Below, piece by piece: positions 57,168 to 64,000 of a stretch of 64,000 bases of DNA. The position numbers and the translations under genes were made by a program. Position 1 is the stretch's first letter. Every line of letters starts with the position of its first letter. Source of the DNA: an uncultured Verrucomicrobiota bacterium (GTDB taxonomy: Bacteria > Auribacterota > JABMQX01). The notes beneath the pieces are model-generated. The model was not told where the DNA came from and made no database searches. It worked only from the letters and a program-made list of their open reading frames with translations. The stretch is from positions 3,073-67,072 of the forward strand of contig CAZFAP010000004.1 of assembly GCA_964516325.1 (NCBI GenBank). Direction: 5' to 3'.

Positions 57168-58028
57168 ATGTTACTCGGAGCGCACATGTCCATAGCGGGG
57201 GGAGTGTTCAATGCCCCGCTTCGCGGGAAGAGCATCGGCTGCGACACGATTCAGATTTTCGTCAAGAATGCCAACCAGTGGCTCGGCAAACCGATCCCCG
57301 ACCAGGAAATCGAGCAGTTCCAGCAAGCGAAAAAAGAGACCGGAATAGACCCGATCTTTTCTCATGACTCCTATCTGATCAACCTGGCTTCGCCCGACGA
57401 CGCCCTTTACCAGAAATCCATAGATGCGATGCTCGATGAGCTTGAGCGGTCGGAGAAGCTCGCTTTGCCGTTCATCGTGATGCATCCGGGAGCGCACGTC
57501 GGCAGCGGGGAGGAAGCCGGATTGAAGAGAATCGCTGCTGCGATCAATGCCCTTTTCCAGAAGACAAAGGGCTATAAGGTGAAAATTGCCCTCGAAACGA
57601 CCGCCGGTCAGAAGAGCAATCTGGGCTATAAGTTCGAGCACCTTGCGGCGCTCATCGAGGCGGTCAAGGACAAGAAAAGAGTCTGCGTCTGCTACGACAC
57701 CTGCCATACCTTTGCCGCTGGATACGATCTGCGGACGGAAAAGGCCTACGACACAACCTTTGCAGAATTCGATAAGGTCGTGGGACTTGACCGAATCTGC
57801 GCGTTCCATTTGAACGATTCCGTGAAGGAACTCGGCTCGAACATTGACCGCCACGCCCACATCGGGCAAGGGCACATTGGCGAGGCCGGATTCAAGCTTC
57901 TTCTGAACGACGAGAGGTTCGCGAACGTCCCGATGGTCCTTGAGACGCCGAAGGGGCCGGACATGGCGGAAGACGTGATGAATTTGAAGGTTCTGCGTAG
58001 CCTGATCGGCAAAAAGAGAAAAAAATGA
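57168..58028 (+). CDS. nfo: Endonuclease IV (AP endonuclease family 2)
   Basis: RBS AGAGGGGG 7 nt upstream. MLLGAHMSIAGG. Metal-binding His/Asp/Glu pattern (HAHIGQGHIG, ETP). Confidence 0.9.
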   Translation: MLLGAHMSIAGGVFNAPLRGKSIGCDTIQIFVKNANQWLGKPIPDQEIEQFQQAKKETGIDPIFSHDSYLINLASPDDALYQKSIDAMLDELERSEKLALPFIVMHPGAHVGSGEEAGLKRIAAAINALFQKTKGYKVKIALETTAGQKSNLGYKFEHLAALIEAVKDKKRVCVCYDTCHTFAAGYDLRTEKAYDTTFAEFDKVVGLDRICAFHLNDSVKELGSNIDRHAHIGQGHIGEAGFKLLLNDERFANVPMVLETPKGPDMAEDVMNLKVLRSLIGKKRKK

Positions 58029-58092
58029 ACGTACCGTACGCGGAGCTTCTCCTCGTCTGCGGCCCTCCACCAGCAACAAGGAAACAAGACTT

Positions 58093-59226
58093 TTGACCCC
58101 TCCCCGAAAAGCCAGACCTTCCGACTACGACGACCTGATCCGTTTCCTGAACAGCATTTTCCACAAAGGAATGGACCTGGAGTACTCCCATATCTACAAA
58201 CCGACGAGCAAGGATATGGCGAATAACATCGTCGTCCTCGACGGCGGGCACATCGTCGGCTGCGTCGGCATCTTCCCGATGACGTTTGTTTGCGGGGACG
58301 TTCGGCTGTCCGTCGCGGGCATCGGCGGGGTCTCGACGGAGCCGGAGTACCGCGGGCAGGGGACCATGACGGAGCTTTTGAACAAAGCTATCTCCGTGAT
58401 GCAGCGGCAGAATTACGACCTCTCGATCCTTTGGGGAGACCGATTGCGGTACAATCATTTCGGATGGGAAAACGCCGGAAGGCAGTACGTCTTCAGCATT
58501 GACCGGAGGCACGTCACGCCCAGAAAACCGGAAGGCGCGGAGATTCGCCCGCTCTCGCTCTCAACCGACGATCTCAAGAGAATCCCTCGGCTTTGCAAGC
58601 AGCGGGAACTCAGGGTTCACAGAACGCCGCAGCAACTGAAATCGGTCTTGAGCCGTTACACCTACGAAACGTGGGTTTGGAGAAAAGGTCGGGATTTCGC
58701 TTATATGACCGTCAAGGGGACGACCAAGGACCGGGAGTTGATTGAATCTGGGGGCGACCTCGGCGGACTCGAAGACCTATTGAGCTTTCTGGTTGAAAAG
58801 TATGAATTGGAGAACCTGAGAGGGACGGTCAGCGTGGGACGAAACCCCTACCTCTCTTTCATCCTTCGGCACAGCAGCGAATGGGGCATCCGCTTCATCG
58901 GAATGGTGAAAATACTCAATCTCCGGTCGGTCTTGGAGAAGTTCTCGAAGCAGATTAAACGCAAGTGGGGGGCATCAGGGTTGAGGCACAGTCTCACATT
59001 GGAGATGACTGACTCCGACCAGTTCGCCACGCTTCACCTTGGCAAGAGGGAGCGTGTCGGTGACAAAAAGAAAGAGCCAGTGCTTCGCCTATCCAACACC
59101 GAGATGGTCCGTCTGGTCTTCGGCACAGTCCCGCCAACCCATTCCCTGAACCTCGACGAATCATTCGGCTATCTTGACTCGATCTTTCCCCTTGACTTCC
59201 ACGTCCCGCGACTCGACTACGTGTGA
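58093..59226 (+). CDS. GNAT-family N-acetyltransferase (Eis-like two-domain architecture)
   Basis: TTG start. GNAT core HIVGCVGIFPMTFVCGDVRLSVAGIGGVSTEPEYRGQGTMTELL plus a C-terminal extension. Confidence 0.6.
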   Translation: MTPPRKARPSDYDDLIRFLNSIFHKGMDLEYSHIYKPTSKDMANNIVVLDGGHIVGCVGIFPMTFVCGDVRLSVAGIGGVSTEPEYRGQGTMTELLNKAISVMQRQNYDLSILWGDRLRYNHFGWENAGRQYVFSIDRRHVTPRKPEGAEIRPLSLSTDDLKRIPRLCKQRELRVHRTPQQLKSVLSRYTYETWVWRKGRDFAYMTVKGTTKDRELIESGGDLGGLEDLLSFLVEKYELENLRGTVSVGRNPYLSFILRHSSEWGIRFIGMVKILNLRSVLEKFSKQIKRKWGASGLRHSLTLEMTDSDQFATLHLGKRERVGDKKKEPVLRLSNTEMVRLVFGTVPPTHSLNLDESFGYLDSIFPLDFHVPRLDYV

Positions 59227-59537
59227 CGAATCCCGTCCACCGACGCGGCCCGCTCACCTCGTGGACAGTCTCCCTGAGCTCGGAAGAAACCGCAGCAAAG
59301 CCCATCCAAAAAAGGAACGCCCCCAGCAGTTCTTCACCATTGGGGATGGAGCTGAAAGTTTCCGCGGCCGGAAACCTTCGGCTTCATGCGCCAGTTGATC
59401 CTGGGGGAAGATCAAGTTGAGAGGTGGAAGAACTGCCAGGGGCGCAAAACCGTCTCACCATTCGTCAACTCGGGGCGACCCCTCCACCAGCTTTTCGCTC
59501 CGAGTCCCATTCAAAACCGCCTCACGCCAAAAGCACG

Positions 59538-60251
59538 CTATTGCTCGGCGTAGCGGGTCATCTTCGCTTTAACCCAACTCCCGAACCATTTGACGTGCCA
59601 GTCCGCGAAAAGAATGTTGTACCCGCGGCCATGCGGACCCGAGAAATTCGGACCGCCGGTATAAGAATTCCATAGCCCGCCCGGACCATATCCGTCCGGC
59701 CCCCCGCTGTTCCCCCACTCGTCGGTCATGTCCGCATCGGTAGGCTCGCCCGTCCACCTGTTCCTGTCGTAAAGGACTACGACCGCGCTCGGGTGCTTAA
59801 GCCTTCCTATGTCAACCGTTCCGGAAGCCGTGTCCAGGTAAAGGCGGGAGTTTAGTATGTAGCTGGTGAGATACTTCCGGCCATCCAGGGCGTACGTCTT
59901 AGTGCTCGGACATCGGAAGACCGCCGTGTTTTCCGACTCGGCGCTCTCAGGATACGAGGGACCACGACCGCTCGCCGTCTGCGACACGAAGGGATACAAC
60001 TTATCCATCCAGCTCGCGCCCTGTCCCCAGCCAAACTGGATCACCCCGCCGTAGGGCGGGACGAATCCGCCGTACTCCTGAAGATACATGGCAAACGCCC
60101 GACCAAGCTGGCTGAGATGCCCCGCGCACACAGTCCGGCGGGCAGCCTCCTTTGCGCTTCGCAGCGACGGCAGCAGCAAACTCGCCAGGATAGCGATGAT
60201 CGCGATCACCACCAGAAGCTCTATCAGAGTAAAACCACGCCCCTTTTTCAT
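59538..60251 (-). CDS. DUF1559 / H-X9-DG-domain protein with a prepilin-type N-terminal cleavage/methylation helix
   Basis: [30 protein letters not shown] (class III signal). C-terminal [11 protein letters not shown], an H-X9-DG-like motif. Confidence 0.75.
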   Translation of the reverse strand: MKKGRGFTLIELLVVIAIIAILASLLLPSLRSAKEAARRTVCAGHLSQLGRAFAMYLQEYGGFVPPYGGVIQFGWGQGASWMDKLYPFVSQTASGRGPSYPESAESENTAVFRCPSTKTYALDGRKYLTSYILNSRLYLDTASGTVDIGRLKHPSAVVVLYDRNRWTGEPTDADMTDEWGNSGGPDGYGPGGLWNSYTGGPNFSGPHGRGYNILFADWHVKWFGSWVKAKMTRYAEQ

Positions 60252-60536
60252 AACCGCCGCTCCGGGAACGGCCTCCAGGCGCCCCCCTCTCGCAGAGCCA
60301 GCCCGGAGCTTCACCTCCTTGGCCGTTAACAATTCCCCTCAACTTCTGAAACGCTCCTAACCTGCCGCCGGTTCCGTCGGTTGCGCATGAATACACCAGC
60401 CCCCCGGCGGCGCCCTCAGCGCACGAGTTCATGAATTCGGTGGCGTATCAAACCTCATGAACTTGTCTCGTCGAGGAGATTGCCGCGGGTTCGGGCAGGC
60501 GCGATGTCGTCCAGAAGGAAGAAAGGAGATGCGACC

Positions 60537-60668
60537 ACCCCGCCTATGACGGGGAGCCTTTTTTTAACGGGACGACCCCACCGAAGGCGGGGCACAGAAG
60601 CACCAGAATGATCTGGGTAATCCTGTAAACCCCGCCGAAAAATAGGTCACCGAATTTATGAGTCGGAG
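60537..60668. repeat. Composite intergenic repeat element, copy 3
   Basis: CCCCGCCTATGACGGGG, TTTTTTTAACGGGAC, CCCCACCGAAGGCGGGG, GGGTAATCCTGTAAA and AATTTATGAG, homologous to copies at 23676 and 47397. Confidence 0.5.
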
Positions 60669-60670
60669 CC

Positions 60671-61471
60671 CTAAGGCTTTGCGTCCCCGGTTTCCGGTTT
60701 CCCCGGTGCAGGCGGGCGTACCCCGCGACGCGGTCCACGCTCGGAAGGAACCGGCTTCCCGGGCGGCCCGTGCCTGTATCCGACGAAGCCGAGCCCGCGC
60801 TTGACCATCTCTTCACGCGGGATGGAGTACTTCTGCCCAAAATCATGAAGAGCTTTGATGTTCTCGATCCTCACAAAGCGACCCAGCCTCTCGCTACGGT
60901 CTCGTCCGTCCGACCGCTCCAGAGCCTCTAATTGCTCCCGAAGCCAGTTCTTTTCCCTCTCATTTGTCGCTTCGGCGAGCCGTTCCGAGAACCACCCCCG
61001 CACCCTATTGTAAAGTTCTTCCTCGGAAATGTGCTTGCCGATCTTCTCCTTGAGCTGAGCAACCTCTTTCAGAAATTCCTCCCGCCTCGCTGCATCCAAA
61101 ATCGTCGGCGCAAACGACTCCGCCAGCTTATCCAACCTCCCGCCAAGCTCCTTCGGGTCGCCCAGGGCCTGCCACATCTGGGCAGGGTCCGGCGGTGGTT
61201 CTCCCCCAGGCGCCTGCGGCGGTGGGCCGAACGACCTTCCGGGCCGGGTGGATTCTGCTGGCGCCTCAATGTCCCTGGCCTCCTCGCCGCCCGGCGGCCG
61301 CCCCGGCGACGCGCGAAGTCGCCTCATCTCCTCCTCGATGCGGTCCAGCCGCCGCTCAATCTGCTCGAGCATCTTCAGGATTTTTGACGACTCCGGGAGT
61401 GTCGTTTCCTCCGCAGACGCAAGCGAAAGCACGAGTAGAACTACGATTACGACTATCTGTCTTGCGTACAC
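60671..61471 (-). CDS. Secreted Pro-rich coiled-coil hypothetical protein
   Basis: Signal peptide MYARQIVVIVVLLVLSLASA. No recognisable domain. Moderate coding confidence. Confidence 0.4.
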   Translation of the reverse strand: MYARQIVVIVVLLVLSLASAEETTLPESSKILKMLEQIERRLDRIEEEMRRLRASPGRPPGGEEARDIEAPAESTRPGRSFGPPPQAPGGEPPPDPAQMWQALGDPKELGGRLDKLAESFAPTILDAARREEFLKEVAQLKEKIGKHISEEELYNRVRGWFSERLAEATNEREKNWLREQLEALERSDGRDRSERLGRFVRIENIKALHDFGQKYSIPREEMVKRGLGFVGYRHGPPGKPVPSERGPRRGVRPPAPGKPETGDAKP

Positions 61472-61833
61472 TTTTCTTCTCCCAATATGAAAGTTCGGAC
61501 GAATTCATCTCCCAGAAGTTTTAACGGCATTATCGGGACTAAGTTTAATATTGCGAGAATCCGCAGCGCTCGCCCAGAGGGGGTTTGGTTCCATATCGGG
61601 GCACAGTCGCGCCCGCGAGAGATTGCTCTTCATCGCCCTCTTTTCGTGGCAGAGGCTGGATTTCGTGTTCTGTCGCCAGGACACAAATGGCGAAGCGCTT
61701 CACCGCGGAGAGCGCGGAGGTCGCGGAGAGGAAGAAATTCGACGGGATGACAGGATTCACGGGATGATGCGATCTTCTTGTCTATCCTGTTCATCCTGTA
61801 GATGCTGCCCAAAGAAAATTCGCACAAAATGAT

Positions 61834-61871
61834 CCTGTCCATCCTGTGTGGCGCCGAGGGCGCCATTATCC
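61834..61871 (-). repeat. Conserved 28-mer motif, inverted copy, forming an inverted-repeat pair with 63834-63870
   Basis: Plus strand reads CCTGTCCATCCTGTGTGGCGCCGAGGGCGCCATTATCC. Its reverse complement matches 9351-9378 and 63834-63870. Confidence 0.6.
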
Positions 61872-61977
61872 GGTCCACCTCCTCTGCCTGCTTCGCGGCT
61901 TTGCGGGAAACTTCCCCAACTTTTGCCGCCGGGTGCGTAGCGCTCATTTTCAGAGCAGAGAGGACAACCTGTTGCCG

Positions 61978-63228
61978 ATGTCGCCGATCCTCTACTACTC
62001 GCTGGAAAGCTCCCTCACTGTCCCCGCGGTTCCGCCAGCTCAGGCGATTATCGAGGCGTTCGCCGATGAGGTCGAGCGGCTTGAGGAAGGAACAGGCGGG
62101 GCGCACCCCTTCTGGGATTTACTGGCCAGAGAAAGGTCGCAGCGGGTCGCCGATGTGCCGCTCAGTCAATTCCCTTCCGCTCCTGTTGGCCCGCTGCTGA
62201 CGACCGCCTGGAGCCAGTTGCCGCCCTACATGGACAAGTGCCCCATGTACAACGGCGAGCGATGCTGGCCTGGCTGCGTGGCAATCGCAATGGCACAGGT
62301 AATGCGCTACTGGCGGTATCCCACGACGAGAACGGGCAATCATTGTTACTACTGGTCGCTCGGCCAGAAGAATCTCTGCGCGGACTTCGCTTCCACAACC
62401 TACGACTGGGCGAACATGCCCGACAAAGCGACGTCCACCAGTCCTCAGGCGGTCAAAGACGCGGTCGCCACGCTCTGTTACCACTGCGGCGTTGCGCTTG
62501 ACACGCAATACAGGCCGCGCGGGTCGCCACCCGGACCCGAATACTCGACGGGGAGTCCCTATGGGCGGGCACTGACGAAATACTTGGGGTATGCGTACAC
62601 CCGCTTTGTGGAAAGGTCCGACTACGGCGATTCGCGATGGTTCGACCTCCTGCGCGACCAGATTAGCAGAGGGCAACCCGTCCTGTACAGGATTGCCTAC
62701 GACGGCGCCAGCCACCTGGTCGTTCTGGACGGCTGCGATTACCCGAACCTTGTGCACCTCAACATGGGATGGGGAGGCGGTCAGAACGGGTGGTACGCCA
62801 TCGGGACTTCTCAGTCCGTCTCCGACGCGAAGAACTGGGCGGTCGTTGACATCAAGCCGCACTGCGAACAGACAACGTACTACGTTGACGGAACCGCCGG
62901 AGACGACGGCTGGGACGGTACGGCGCCTGTCCATGTCGGCGGTGAGAATGGGCCTAAGAAGACGATTCAAGCCGCCATCTATGCCACTGGTCCCCGTGAC
63001 ACCGTGCTCGCGGCAGACGGGACGTACACCGGGAAAGGCAACACGAATCTGGATTTCGGCGCGAGGGAGAGCTGTGAAGGTCCATCAACCTTCGGCCAGT
63101 TCCTCTCGGGGCGGGCATCGCGCATGGATACCATCTCCCCGCTTTGGCCATCCCCCTATCAGAAAGTCCTTGTTCACTGTTCGTCGCCGTGCTATTCTAT
63201 CAACGCGCCGTACGAGTCAGAACGCTGA
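61978..63228 (+). CDS. Peptidase C10 (streptopain/SpeB-like) family cysteine protease
   Basis: Catalytic-Cys region GCVAIAMAQVMRYW. His region GASHLVVLDG. C10 hallmark NMGWGG. An alternative TTG start at 61972. Confidence 0.7.
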   Translation: MSPILYYSLESSLTVPAVPPAQAIIEAFADEVERLEEGTGGAHPFWDLLARERSQRVADVPLSQFPSAPVGPLLTTAWSQLPPYMDKCPMYNGERCWPGCVAIAMAQVMRYWRYPTTRTGNHCYYWSLGQKNLCADFASTTYDWANMPDKATSTSPQAVKDAVATLCYHCGVALDTQYRPRGSPPGPEYSTGSPYGRALTKYLGYAYTRFVERSDYGDSRWFDLLRDQISRGQPVLYRIAYDGASHLVVLDGCDYPNLVHLNMGWGGGQNGWYAIGTSQSVSDAKNWAVVDIKPHCEQTTYYVDGTAGDDGWDGTAPVHVGGENGPKKTIQAAIYATGPRDTVLAADGTYTGKGNTNLDFGARESCEGPSTFGQFLSGRASRMDTISPLWPSPYQKVLVHCSSPCYSINAPYESER

Positions 63229-63312
63229 ACGGGCACAAGTCCCATCGGGGCGAAGAGGGACGGAAGATTCCCGGAGCGAGCAACGAGACTCATGGCCCGA
63301 ACAACTCCATAC

Positions 63313-63386
63313 GCGCCCGTAGCTCAGTTGGATAGAGCAACGGATTTCTAATCCGTGGGTCACAGGTTCGAGTCCTGCCGGGCGCG
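63313..63386 (+). tRNA. tRNA-Arg (anticodon TCT)
   Basis: Cloverleaf: acceptor GCGCCCG/CGGGCGC; D-arm GCTC-AGTTGGATA-GAGC; anticodon stem ACGGA/TCCGT with loop TTTCTAA; T-arm with TTCGAGT loop; discriminator G. 74 nt, no encoded CCA. Confidence 0.85.
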
Positions 63387-63426
63387 CTTTCGCTTTCTGG
63401 GAAGGGGGCAAGGGAGGGCTTCACTG

Positions 63427-63505
63427 CCCGGAAAATCGGCGTCACGCAGCCAGGATCAGGACTTGGGAGGTCTCTCGCAAAGCCGCAAGCACGCAAAGCA
63501 GAACA
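63427..63505 (+). repeat. ~80-bp direct repeat, copy 1, downstream of tRNA-Arg; copy 2 is at 63742-63826
   Basis: CCCGGAAAATCGGCGTCACGCAGCCAGGATCAGGA...CGCAAAGCCGCAAGCACGCAAAGCAG versus CCCCGAAAATCGGCCCCGCGCAGCCAGGACCGGAA...GCAAAGGCGTCAAGCACGCAAAGCAG. Confidence 0.55.
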
Positions 63506-63741
63506 CCGGATGAATTCTTGCCCCGCCGTGGGCGGGGTTGGCGACAGAGGACGAAATTCGGCTTCTCCTGTGAAAATGAGCCGGACGCAACCAACATTCT
63601 CATGCTCTCCGGGTGAACGAAGTTCATGAGCCACTGCGGTAACCCGTGACTCTTGGGGCCACAAGGGGATAATAGCCCGACCTTCCGGATCGCGCCGCAC
63701 AATCGTTGTCCTCCTCATCCGCGTTCATCTGCGTTGATCTG

Positions 63742-63870
63742 CCCCGAAAATCGGCCCCGCGCAGCCAGGACCGGAACCTGGCCCTGCCCTTGGCCGGGTC
63801 GCAAAGGCGTCAAGCACGCAAAGCAGGTGGACAGGATAATGGCGCCCTCGGCGCCACACGGGATAGACAG
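63742..63870 (+). repeat. ~80-bp direct repeat, copy 2, followed immediately by the third copy of the conserved 28-mer (63834-63870)
   Basis: See 63427-63505 and 9351-9378. Confidence 0.55.
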
Positions 63871-64000
63871 CGCAATCCGGTCAATGCTGTTGTCCTGTCG
63901 AATTTGTTCCCCTCTGCGATCTCCGCGGTGAGTCCCTTCCGAGAGTCAGGCATTCCACCCATTGCTTAAGGGGCTTGCTCGGAGCGGGAGAGTGTGTTAG

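Noticed and set aside
55354-57247. Overlapping alternative-frame ORFs (55354-56154 plus-strand, 56117-57247 minus-strand) across the GT39-like gene and the nfo upstream region
   Set aside because: Low-complexity Arg/Pro-rich translations. The minus-strand ORF would run antisense through the nfo start. The polytopic membrane-protein frame is far more protein-like.
1-64000. CRISPR arrays, rRNA genes, integrase or transposase genes, and prophage structural genes
   Set aside because: I scanned for regularly spaced short direct repeats and for recombinase or transposase signatures and saw none in this window. The repeat families here are irregularly spaced intergenic elements, not CRISPR.

Overview
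This is a high-GC (~60%) bacterial chromosomal segment with dense coding on both strands. Its gene content points to a Planctomycetota/Verrucomicrobiota-like lineage: a DUF1559 H-X9-DG prepilin-like protein, a tandem DUF1080 protein, an FG-GAP propeller protein and TAT-exported Gfo/Idh/MocA and sugar-isomerase proteins. Features in order: a 5'-truncated alpha-2-macroglobulin (thioester CFEQ); a marR-nmrA pair on the minus strand; a decayed relic of a second A2M C-terminus; a 12-blade NHL-repeat secreted protein; a TAT sugar isomerase; a C45-peptidase/alpha-beta-hydrolase fusion. The most striking locus follows. It holds a 13-haem cytochrome, a 20-haem cytochrome, a ~450-aa outer-membrane beta-barrel ending in Phe, and a very dense 16-haem cytochrome. 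A membrane histidine kinase and a single-domain response regulator follow it. I read this as a candidate porin-cytochrome extracellular electron-transfer conduit. The two large cytochromes and the distant NHL protein share a conserved ~70-aa FN3-like C-terminal module ending in RFYR[VI]xxxx, a possible sorting or attachment tag. Downstream is a long run of secreted carbohydrate-active or unknown proteins: Gfo/Idh/MocA, FG-GAP, ThuA, tandem MBL, DUF1080, a clan GH-A hydrolase with a PHP domain, a discoidin protein and a GH39-like protein. Then come a PhzF pseudogene, a pilT-TPR-TPR operon facing a PilZ gene, hemB, an O-antigen-ligase/TPR membrane protein, a GT39-like membrane protein, nfo, a GNAT protein, a C10 (streptopain-like) peptidase and tRNA-Arg(TCT). 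Several families of short intergenic repeats run through the window. One is a near-identical 28-mer in three places. Another is a composite ~110-130 bp MITE-like element with three copies. There are also several direct-repeat pairs. Many long ORFs in the six-frame track lie in alternative frames or antisense to recognisable genes; I treat them as GC-driven artefacts.
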